A DNA stretch of 64,000 nt from Verrucomicrobiota bacterium (lineage in GTDB: Bacteria > Verrucomicrobiota > Verrucomicrobiia > Limisphaerales > AAA164-E04): the NCBI GenBank assembly GCA_047947115.1, contig CP170459.1, forward strand, positions 64,001 to 128,000. Reading direction: 5' to 3'. Of this stretch, positions 1 to 8,424 are shown in pieces. Within the stretch, counting starts at the first letter, position 1. The number at the start of each line of letters is the position of its first letter. The notes beneath the pieces were generated by a model. That model had not been told where the DNA came from. It was given only the letters and a program-made list of their open reading frames with translations, and ran no database searches. Both the position numbers and the translations under genes were made by a program.

Positions 1-3000
1 CTCATGCAAATCGCTGAAGTCGAATTTCTGGGAAGAACAGGAATAAGCAAACCCGATATCCGAACACTCATTCAAACCGATCTGGATGGCACCATGTTCG
101 GCAAACATACTTCGATTTACTTACGACTCCCGTTTGCCGTCGGGCCCGAAACCGATCTCCAAGGCCTCTCCATGCCCATTCGATACAATGACGGTTTCAT
201 CGCCTACCTGAATGGCGTGGAGGTGGCGCGCGGCAATGCTCCTTCGAATCCTGAATTTGATTCAGTGGCAACCAAAGGCCTGGGCACGGAATTTGTAGTG
301 GCAGAAGAACAGGTGGACCTTCGAGGATTTGCCCATCTGCTAAACACGGGGTCGAATGTGCTGGCCATCCATGCGTTGAACGAAAACCGATCCAGTCCAG
401 ACTTTCTGTTGGATGTTCAATTGGTCAATACCACCACCACTTTAAACCTGTCACAGTCAGGTTACTTCGAACACCCATCTCCCAGAGAAACCAATCCCGA
501 AGAACAATTCATCGGGCAATTGATGGCACCGGTCATCTCCCCGGAGAGCGGATTCAGGGAAGGCGCATTGGAGGTCAGCATCCAATCCAATATGACAGAC
601 GCCCGGATATACTATTCACTGGATGGTAGCGAACCCGACGAGCAAACAGGCATGGAATACAGCAGTCCGATTCGCGTGAGCAAAACCACTGTGTTGCGTG
701 CTGTAGCCACACTTGAAGGGTGGAAAAACTCGGCCGTTTCCACCCGTTCGTATCTGTTCACTGCAGACATCGCAGGTCAACAGGACATGTCGGGATTGGA
801 CACAACGTTTCCGGATCGCTGGGGATCACAACCCGCCGATTACGGCCTGGATCCCCGCGTGGTGAATCCGGATGGCAGGGACAGCTATGGGGGACGTTAC
901 ACACGAACGATTCAGGATGACTTGAAATCCATCCCCTCCATTTCGCTGGTGTTGGATTCCGATGATTTGTTCGGTCCCAAAGGAATCTATGCAAACCCCA
1001 CAGCCCGAGGTGATGCGTGGGACAACTGGGAACGTCCGGTGTCAGTTGAATTGATCTATCCGGATGAACGGGATGGTTTCCAGGAAAACGCTGGCATAAA
1101 AATCCAGGGCGGTGCGTTTCGGCGATTTGATCTCTCAATGAAAAAGTCACTTCGTCTAGTATTTCGTGAGCAATATGGAGTAACAAAATTGAATTTCCCA
1201 TTATTTGGCCCCGATGCGACCGACGCCTTTGATACCGTCGTTCTCAGAGCCAACGGTAATGATGCATGGAAGTATGCAGGCTCTCATGCGCTCTATATCC
1301 GCGACGCCTTTGCAATGGAGACCGCCCGCGCCATGGGAATGGTCTCGTCCCATACGACATTCGTTCACCTCTACCTGAACGGAGCCTACTGGGGGCTCTA
1401 CAATCTGGCCGAACGCCCCGACGCCTCCTTCTCCTCCAGTTACCATGGTGGGGACAAGGATGACTGGGATGCATTGAACCAGGATTCGGTCCCCGATGGC
1501 ACCCGCGAAGCATGGGACCGCATGCTCGCCATGCTCAATGAAGGCATCGATCAAAACGCCGTCTATCAAAAGATTCAGGGCAAGAATCCCGATGGAATCC
1601 GGGATCCGGCAATTGAAAACCTGCTGGATATAGAAAACCTCATTGATTACTGCCTTCTGAACTTTTACATCGGCAATCAGGATTGGCCGGGTCGTAATTA
1701 TTGGGTGGGACGTGATCGTAAAGGTGGCGAAGGTTTCCAGTTTTATCCATGGGATTCGGAAACCGCCATGGGCCTGGGATCCGGTCTCAATGCCAACCAA
1801 ACCGGTGTCAACACCGCCGTGGCCCGACCTTACGGAGCGCTGAGGGCCAATGCGGATTTCCGACGTTGGTTCGGAGATCGCGCCCAGCGCCACTTCTCTA
1901 CGGGAGGCGCTTTGTATGTCAACCCAGCCAAACCACAATGGTCCCGAGCCGAACCCGAAAACAACCGCCCTGCCGCACGATTCGCACAACTGGCGGACTT
2001 CATTGACAGCGCCATCGTCGGAGAAACCGCCCGCTGGGGAGATCAGTTGAATAGCAGCCCCTTCACCCGCGACGAACATTGGCGCAGGGAAAAGGATGAA
2101 CTTTTAACCAATTACTTCCCCCGACGATCCGCCATTGTCATCGAGCAACTGAGACGAGCTGGTCTCTATCCTCAAATCAATGCACCGGTTTTCAACCTCC
2201 AGGAAGGAAGGCTCGATCTCGGAACCAGCCTGACGATGAGCGCCGACCATGGCACGATCTACTACACATTGGACGGCTCCGATCCGCGCACCGACATAAC
2301 CGTCAGCACGGTCAAACCGTCCACCATGGTTGATGCCAGCACTCAACGCCGTGTTCTGATCCCAAGTCCAGAGAATGGCGGAAATGCATTGGGCACCGGA
2401 TGGCGACAGGAACGAGATTTCCCAGATGCAACCTGGACGAGTGGTACCGGAGCTGTAGGCTATGACACCGGCAACGGATATCAGGACCTCATCAACATGG
2501 ATGTACAGACAGCAATGGCGGGACAAAACGGTTCGGTCTTCATCCGCATACCTTTTGACGCTGCGCCGGATGCTATCGCGGACTTGAACTTCATGATACT
2601 GAGGATGCGCTATGATGACGGATTCGCCGCCTTTCTGAACGGAGTGCAGATAGCCTCGGCCAATACTCCCGGTGACCTGCCATGGAATGCCACAGCTACC
2701 GGAGCCAACGACGATGCCGCCGCCGTTTTCTGGCAGGAATTTGAAGCTAGCGCGTACCTCGAACATCTGCGCCCCGGAATCAATCTGCTGGCCATACAGG
2801 GACTCAACGTTTCATTGGACAGCTCCGATTTCCTGATCGATGTGGAATTGATGGTCGGAAAACGAAACATCACCGGGAAGCTCCCGACATCGAACCGTTA
2901 TGATTCCCCCATCCCGCTGCAGGATTTGACCACCGTCAAAGCCAGCGCACTGTCCGGATCCGAATGGAGCGCCTTGACCGAAGCCACCTATATTGTGGGC

Positions 3001-3756
3001 GAACCCCGCTTGCAGGTCAGCGAACTTCACTATCACCCGGCTGATTCCACCCCGGAGGAACTGGCCACCGGTTTTGATGATGCGGATGCATTTGAATTCA
3101 TCGAACTCTACAACCCGGGAACGGCAACCTTCCTACTGGACGGCGTGCGGTTTGTCGACGGCGTAACATTCGACTTCACCCACTCAATGATCACGCGACT
3201 GGCACCAGGTGCGACGGTGCTGGTTGTCAAAAACCTTGCTGCTTTTGAGATGCGATACGGACCTGGACTGCCTGTTGCGGGCGAATTCACCGGCAATTTT
3301 TCAAACAGTGGAGAAAGCGTCACCATCGTGGATGCGGAAGATCGAACACTGATCGCCTTTTCATACGACGATGATGCCCCTGAACTTAAAAACGCCGATG
3401 GTTCAGGCCCCTCCCTGATTGCCGTGGATACAGGCAATGGTCCCGCGCAGGAATTCTACTGGAAAACAAGCACCCAGACCGGAGGCTCCCCCGGCAAACG
3501 CACCGAAGGGCAAACAAACTCGGTGCTGAAGCTGAACATGATGATGGAAGGGGAAAAGGTGTTTATTGAGTGCCTGGTTCCTGATAAAGAAGACTATGGT
3601 CTTTACAGCACCCAGGATCTTGGTAATCCGCTATGGAATCTTGTACTGACGAAGAACACAGTCGAACCGAATGGCAAACTCGCATTTGAAATCCCGGTCT
3701 TGAAGGAAATCCCTACACGGTTCTTTCAAATCCGGAAACTATCCGATGTCCCATGA
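1..3756 (+). CDS. Large secreted CotH-kinase family protein with chitobiase/Fn3-associated, jelly-roll-like and lamin-tail domains (probably 5'-truncated by the window)
   Basis: 1250-aa ORF open at the window edge. CotH motifs (HLYLNGAYWGLYNLAER, NQDWPGRNY, FYPWDSE), two YYS/TLDGSEP/DP Fn3-associated motifs, lamin-tail motif (VSELHYHP...EFIELYN). Confidence 0.85.
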   Translation, partial: LMQIAEVEFLGRTGISKPDIRTLIQTDLDGTMFGKHTSIYLRLPFAVGPETDLQGLSMPIRYNDGFIAYLNGVEVARGNAPSNPEFDSVATKGLGTEFVVAEEQVDLRGFAHLLNTGSNVLAIHALNENRSSPDFLLDVQLVNTTTTLNLSQSGYFEHPSPRETNPEEQFIGQLMAPVISPESGFREGALEVSIQSNMTDARIYYSLDGSEPDEQTGMEYSSPIRVSKTTVLRAVATLEGWKNSAVSTRSYLFTADIAGQQDMSGLDTTFPDRWGSQPADYGLDPRVVNPDGRDSYGGRYTRTIQDDLKSIPSISLVLDSDDLFGPKGIYANPTARGDAWDNWERPVSVELIYPDERDGFQENAGIKIQGGAFRRFDLSMKKSLRLVFREQYGVTKLNFPLFGPDATDAFDTVVLRANGNDAWKYAGSHALYIRDAFAMETARAMGMVSSHTTFVHLYLNGAYWGLYNLAERPDASFSSSYHGGDKDDWDALNQDSVPDGTREAWDRMLAMLNEGIDQNAVYQKIQGKNPDGIRDPAIENLLDIENLIDYCLLNFYIGNQDWPGRNYWVGRDRKGGEGFQFYPWDSETAMGLGSGLNANQTGVNTAVARPYGALRANADFRRWFGDRAQRHFSTGGALYVNPAKPQWSRAEPENNRPAARFAQLADFIDSAIVGETARWGDQLNSSPFTRDEHWRREKDELLTNYFPRRSAIVIEQLRRAGLYPQINAPVFNLQEGRLDLGTSLTMSADHGTIYYTLDGSDPRTDITVSTVKPSTMVDASTQRRVLIPSPENGGNALGTGWRQERDFPDATWTSGTGAVGYDTGNGYQDLINMDVQTAMAGQNGSVFIRIPFDAAPDAIADLNFMILRMRYDDGFAAFLNGVQIASANTPGDLPWNATATGANDDAAAVFWQEFEASAYLEHLRPGINLLAIQGLNVSLDSSDFLIDVELMVGKRNITGKLPTSNRYDSPIPLQDLTTVKASALSGSEWSALTEATYIVGEPRLQVSELHYHPADSTPEELATGFDDADAFEFIELYNPGTATFLLDGVRFVDGVTFDFTHSMITRLAPGATVLVVKNLAAFEMRYGPGLPVAGEFTGNFSNSGESVTIVDAEDRTLIAFSYDDDAPELKNADGSGPSLIAVDTGNGPAQEFYWKTSTQTGGSPGKRTEGQTNSVLKLNMMMEGEKVFIECLVPDKEDYGLYSTQDLGNPLWNLVLTKNTVEPNGKLAFEIPVLKEIPTRFFQIRKLSDVP

Positions 3757-3825
3757 CATGGACTGTTTGAACTGATGTATCAGCACTATGCATCCACCTG
3801 GCGCTAGGAGGAGGGAAGAAAAATC

Positions 3826-5357
3826 GCCTCTTCTTCAGAATCTGTGGGTAAATTTAGGTTCGGGTAGTTCACCCATTGTGTGAAAAAGGGCTATTTTAAG
3901 CACTTCAAAGCTACGATAGCCGTAGGCTTTTCTGGTAGTCAGATTTATTTTGCGGTTCAAACCCTCAACAACTCCCGACGAAATAGTCTTTTTGGCCCTG
4001 AACCAATTCAGGATCAGCGGCTGATGTTTTCGTAGGCTGCTGGCAAATTTCTTGATGGGTTCCAGACGTGAGCGCATAGCTCTGGTGCACCACTTGTTCA
4101 AATACCACTCAGCCCAATATGGGCTAGTGTAATTCCAAAAGAACTCAAATGCTTCTTTGAGCAAAAATGCCCGAACACTTTTCAGATCATACTGGAGGAC
4201 TTCCTCCAGCTTAATCTTTTGATTGGGCGTGAGGTTCTCACGACGTTTGAGAAAGCAGTATTTGGTGTGTTTAAGCACTTCCTGGTATCCGTCCTGACGC
4301 ATCTTACGCGCTTCGACCGCCCTGACTTCATTGATTGCTTTGTTCAGATTGGCTACGATATGGAAGCGATCCAACACGTGGAGGGCGTGTTCGAGTTTTT
4401 CCTTAATCACATTGAGATAAGGTTTCCACATGTCCGAACAAACAAATTGAATGGACTCAAGTTGCTTTTGAGTGAGGATCTTAAAAAAATCCCGAAGGGA
4501 TTGCTCGGTTCTCTCCTTGGTGACGCTTAACAATCGGCGCGTGCCTTGATCTATCTGGTAAACCACCGTCAGATACTTTTGCCCCTTTCCAAAATGCACC
4601 TCATCAACTCCGATGGCATTAATATCGTCCAAACTCCTGTGCTTCAAGCCGTATTCAACAATGGAAGCAACGGACCGATACACCGATTGCCAACTGACTT
4701 CAAAGGTCTGGGCAACTTCTTTCCATGAAAGTTTCCGAGCCCACTGTGCAAGGAAGTGTTCCATGACACAGGTTATCCGGCTTTTTCCTTTGGCCCAAGG
4801 AACCGATTCGATGACAACACCGTCATTGGGGCAGTTAACTCTTCGCATCCGGTATTCAAGAAACACCGGCCACCCCCATAAGGGGATGAATCGAAACTTT
4901 CGTTTTCCAGGACGATGGTCATAGGTGGAAGCACTACGATTGCACTTTGAACATACTGGGCGGCTGTTTTGCCGTGGTTCAACGCTTACGACAATAGCTT
5001 CGACTCCTTCAACTTCCTGGAAGCATGCTTGGCGATAGACAAAGGATTTGAATTTATGGCAACGATTGAGCAAGGTTTTCAACAGCATCGGCACTCTTTG
5101 ACGAGGTTTGTTTTGGCGACGCCATGTTGAGGAGATTGCCGATGCTTTTCGAATAAAAATCCTCTGGGTTTTTCTTGGAGAAAAACCACACCACCCGTAG
5201 GCCCTCTCGCGTCGTGGAAGTCCAGGAAAACATCATATAAGTGCCGAAGGCCGACTCCGCGTCAGCGGGGGAGTTATGCTGATGTTTTACTGGACTGGAA
5301 CAGAGCGATAGGGCATCCCGACGTGCTCAATTTACCCACTCTTTTTTGAGAAGACCC
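3826..5357 (-). mobile_element. ISL3-family insertion sequence, copy 1 (1532 bp)
   Basis: Ends defined by comparison with copy 2. Imperfect 29-bp terminal IRs (GCCTCTTCT...GTGGGTAAATT vs GGGTCTTCT...GTGGGTAAATT, 21/29). 8-bp target duplication GAAAAATC at 3818-3825 and 5358-5365. Confidence 0.95.
3835..5094 (-). CDS. ISL3-family transposase
   Basis: N-terminal CxxC...C zinc motif, GVDE, CSDMW, DRFH, SSGVVEGLNRKI...AYGYRS. Start may be ATG 5088. Confidence 0.95.
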   Translation of the reverse strand: MPMLLKTLLNRCHKFKSFVYRQACFQEVEGVEAIVVSVEPRQNSRPVCSKCNRSASTYDHRPGKRKFRFIPLWGWPVFLEYRMRRVNCPNDGVVIESVPWAKGKSRITCVMEHFLAQWARKLSWKEVAQTFEVSWQSVYRSVASIVEYGLKHRSLDDINAIGVDEVHFGKGQKYLTVVYQIDQGTRRLLSVTKERTEQSLRDFFKILTQKQLESIQFVCSDMWKPYLNVIKEKLEHALHVLDRFHIVANLNKAINEVRAVEARKMRQDGYQEVLKHTKYCFLKRRENLTPNQKIKLEEVLQYDLKSVRAFLLKEAFEFFWNYTSPYWAEWYLNKWCTRAMRSRLEPIKKFASSLRKHQPLILNWFRAKKTISSGVVEGLNRKINLTTRKAYGYRSFEVLKIALFHTMGELPEPKFTHRF

Positions 5358-5392
5358 GAAAAATCTTAGTATTAGGAATGCAGTCCAAATAA

Positions 5393-5698
5393 CTACCCGG
5401 CAACTACTTCTTTTTCGATTTGGGAACCTTTGAGTCTTTGGGTTTTGTCCAAATCGTAAGCCAGTTGTAATCGCATCCAGAAACCATTGGTCGTGCCAAA
5501 ATATCGACTCAACCGAAGATCATATTCCGGAGTACAGCGCCTGCTACCCTTTTTCATACCCGAGAGATGAGGTAATGGTATGCCTGTGGCGTTTGCAACT
5601 TCGGTCATGGTCGCTGACCATTCCTCCAACGTCTCTTCCAGAGTAGAGGCAAAAAAGTTGTCAAGCGGTAACAAGGTTGTCTTTTTCATCTTCATCAA
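5393..5698 (-). CDS. higA: HigA-family antitoxin (HTH)
   Basis: LRLSRYFGTTNGFWMRLQLAYDL motif. Overlaps the stop codon of the upstream toxin gene. Confidence 0.85.
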   Translation of the reverse strand: MMKMKKTTLLPLDNFFASTLEETLEEWSATMTEVANATGIPLPHLSGMKKGSRRCTPEYDLRLSRYFGTTNGFWMRLQLAYDLDKTQRLKGSQIEKEVVAG

Positions 5699-5976
5699 TG
5701 GTAATCTATCAACTTCACATCATCAGGATTTCCATCATCCCAAAGAAAAATTATTCTCCATTGCTTGTTTACCCTAATGCTCCAATACCCCTGCAAATCC
5801 CCCTTTAATCGCTCCAATCTATTACTTGGCGGGATCTTCAAATCATTCAAAGCACTGGAGTTGTCCAATTGCACCAATTTCCTTCTCGCTCGGACTTGGA
5901 TATCCGAAGCAAACGATCTACTCCTCATACCATGAAAAATCTTTTTTGTCTCATTACATCCAAAGGAAATGATCAC
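5695..5976 (-). CDS. higB: HigB/RelE-family toxin
   Basis: IISF...PPSNRLERLKGDLQGYWSIRVNKQWRIIF...DYH. GTG at 5976 gives 93 aa. Toxin precedes antitoxin. Confidence 0.9.
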   Translation of the reverse strand: MIISFGCNETKKIFHGMRSRSFASDIQVRARRKLVQLDNSSALNDLKIPPSNRLERLKGDLQGYWSIRVNKQWRIIFLWDDGNPDDVKLIDYH

Positions 5977-6263
5977 AACAGCGAAGTTACCAAATAAGGT
6001 AAACATGTCAAATAATCAATAACGGCTATATCGCTGGGCGCTGGGGAATCATGCTTGAGGTGAAATCCATTCTGAAACAATTCAAACTCTCGGAAACCAA
6101 CCAGGGAGCATAAAAAGTAACACTCAAATGAACACATCCTTCTGCCTCGGTTCTTTCGCATCAGACCCCCTAATTTAACATAAAGCTGATTAGCATTTAA
6201 ATGGCGACCGGCTTGAAAGATTGACTCATTTTGGCAATCGGAATAATGATTTAAATCACAAGA

Positions 6264-6527
6264 ATGACGAACGAATATATAGAAATCGACCTAAGCAATG
6301 GAGAAAAAGAGGCCATTCTGGAACATGCCTCATTCTTCGTCACGGACGACATCACAAAAGCTGATCTATCGGACAAAAGAAAAAAATGGATCAGGTTTGA
6401 ACCCTACGCCATCTCACAAATAATCGGAGAACTGTCTTACGTTTTCAACCGTTGCACTGATAACTACAAGTTTGACTTGCTGGATCAGTTGATCAGCCAT
6501 TTGGAAAATTATGAACAAAACCGGTGA
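6264..6527 (+). CDS. Small hypothetical protein
   Basis: 87-aa AT-rich ORF with protein-like composition; no recognised motif. Confidence 0.55.
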   Translation: MTNEYIEIDLSNGEKEAILEHASFFVTDDITKADLSDKRKKWIRFEPYAISQIIGELSYVFNRCTDNYKFDLLDQLISHLENYEQNR

Positions 6528-6574
6528 TTTAAAGGATTTCATTTCGAATAGAAATTCCAAATGTCAAATCTGAC

Positions 6575-7066
6575 ATGGCTTCGCTTATGAAGAAGAGAAC
6601 ACTTGGCAGAAATTTATGTTTGGTTGGATGCTTGCTGATATGGATGCATCCTGTCATTGCACATTGCGAAACCAAAGAGTTCCCCCTGACTACAGGCCGT
6701 CTCTTCATCCCAAACACCGGGACCATTCGACCTCAAGCACCTGACCTGATCCTTCACTTGCATGGGGCTCCAGGGACGGTCGAAAAGAACATACGGCGGT
6801 CTCACCCCGATGCCATCCACGTGAACATCACGCTTCCGGGATTGTCCAGTGTTTATAAAAAACATTTCCAGGATCCAAGCGTGTTTCCTTCACTTTTGGA
6901 GGAAACCAAAGTCATTCTCAGCAAAGATCTCCTTAAAAATCTGGGAGGATTCGCCATGGGACAATCTTCTTCTGAACCTGACATCGCAACGAAGAATGAA
7001 TCCTCCGATGCGGGAGAGGGCACACGTTCGGAGGCAGCTGGCAAAGGGACGAATACCAATAACTGA
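6575..7066 (+). pseudogene. Probably truncated secreted alpha/beta-hydrolase-like protein
   Basis: Signal peptide and DLILHLHGA...GLSSVY motif, then an abrupt switch to a low-complexity tail with no nucleophile-elbow region. Confidence 0.4.
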
Positions 7067-7113
7067 TTACCATTACCGGATCATTCACTTGGCATCTCGT
7101 AAATCACAGAGGC

Positions 7114-7141
7114 CGCCGCCCGCAAAAAAAAGCGGGCGGCG
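7114..7141. terminator. GC-rich hairpin, probable terminator
   Basis: CGCCGCCCGC-A8-GCGGGCGGCG, a perfect 10-bp stem 48 nt after the 7066 stop. The U-tract is weak. Confidence 0.55.
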
Positions 7142-7371
7142 ATTAATTTGTCCAGATGCCCCCAAGAAAGAATTTTCGTTCCATATCAAAATGGGAAATA
7201 AACTCACCCTCATTTGAACCACGGGAGATTATCTCACTATGATTGCTGGGTTGATAACGTGCACCATCTTGAGCAAGTGAAGGACAATTTCATACAACAA
7301 AGTATGACAATCACTGCCATGTTCATCTTGATGATGGAAGATGTCGCGAAGGGAGTGAATGCCATTAGAGA

Positions 7372-8343
7372 TTGATCACCCATAAGCTATCCTATAGAAG
7401 TATGATTCATACCATGACACGAATTACGCGTATCCTATTAGCCATTTTTGTTGGATCACTCACTATGCAGTCACAGGATTTCAAGCCGGTGAAACATATG
7501 ATCGACACCCATATTCACTTTTACGATACCACTCGAGACGTTGAGATGGCCTGGCCCCCTCAAGACGACGAAATACTCTATAAGCCTCATTTACCAGTGG
7601 AGTATTCCAATCTGGCAAAAGCATCGGGGGTTAGCGGAGTTGTCATCGTGGAGGCAAGCGATCATCTTGAGGATAACAAGTGGGTGCTGGACCTGATCGC
7701 AGGTGACGATTTCTACATGGGGCTTGTCGGAAACATTGATGTTTATCGCAATGATTTTGAGGAACAATTGGTAAAGTTGAAGCAGGACAAACGATTGGTT
7801 GGACTGCGTCCGCGGGGCCCAAAGCCAGTCAACTTTTCCGACGAAATCGTAATGAAGAACCTAAGCACTTTGGCAACACACGACTTAACGATGGATTATC
7901 TGACAAATGGCGGTGGCATCCCGGGAATTGACACCATCGATGCCGTGGCGCGCGCCGTACCATCGCTGCGCATCGTGGTCAACCACTGTATGGGATACAA
8001 CTTTGACGGAAACCCACCGCCGCAAGACTGGACAACAGCGGTGCAACGACTCGCAAAGAACAAAAACGTCACCTGCAAAATTTCAGGACTCTACCAGCGC
8101 TCCGTCCCACAACCGGCGCCCCAGTCAATAGACCACTACCGGAGTGTCCTGGAAGTATTGTGGGAAAACTTTGGCAAAGAACGCCTGATTTATGGGAGCA
8201 ACTGGCCGGTCACCAAACACACCGGCACTTATCAAAGTTTTGTCGAGTTGGTGGATACGTTTATCTCGGAAAAAGGTCAAGATGCACGGGAACACTATTA
8301 CTGGAAAAACGCAGCGACCGCATACCGCCTCCCTTTACACTGA
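7372..8343 (+). CDS. Amidohydrolase_2 family protein (sugar-lactonase-like), likely exported
   Basis: IDTHIH, VVNHC, CKISG, IYGSNWP motifs. Hydrophobic N-terminus. True start probably 7402 or 7414. Confidence 0.85.
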   Translation: MITHKLSYRSMIHTMTRITRILLAIFVGSLTMQSQDFKPVKHMIDTHIHFYDTTRDVEMAWPPQDDEILYKPHLPVEYSNLAKASGVSGVVIVEASDHLEDNKWVLDLIAGDDFYMGLVGNIDVYRNDFEEQLVKLKQDKRLVGLRPRGPKPVNFSDEIVMKNLSTLATHDLTMDYLTNGGGIPGIDTIDAVARAVPSLRIVVNHCMGYNFDGNPPPQDWTTAVQRLAKNKNVTCKISGLYQRSVPQPAPQSIDHYRSVLEVLWENFGKERLIYGSNWPVTKHTGTYQSFVELVDTFISEKGQDAREHYYWKNAATAYRLPLH

Positions 8344-8424
8344 CAAAATCAAACCAGAGCTCACACACTACTCAAGCAAATCTCTTTACTTTGCTCGAGG
8401 TTTACCGACCAACATCCGAATGCC

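Noticed and set aside
5054..5236. 60-aa ORF in the ISL3 leader
   Set aside because: No motif or RBS, and it overlaps the paired region, so it is likely incidental.
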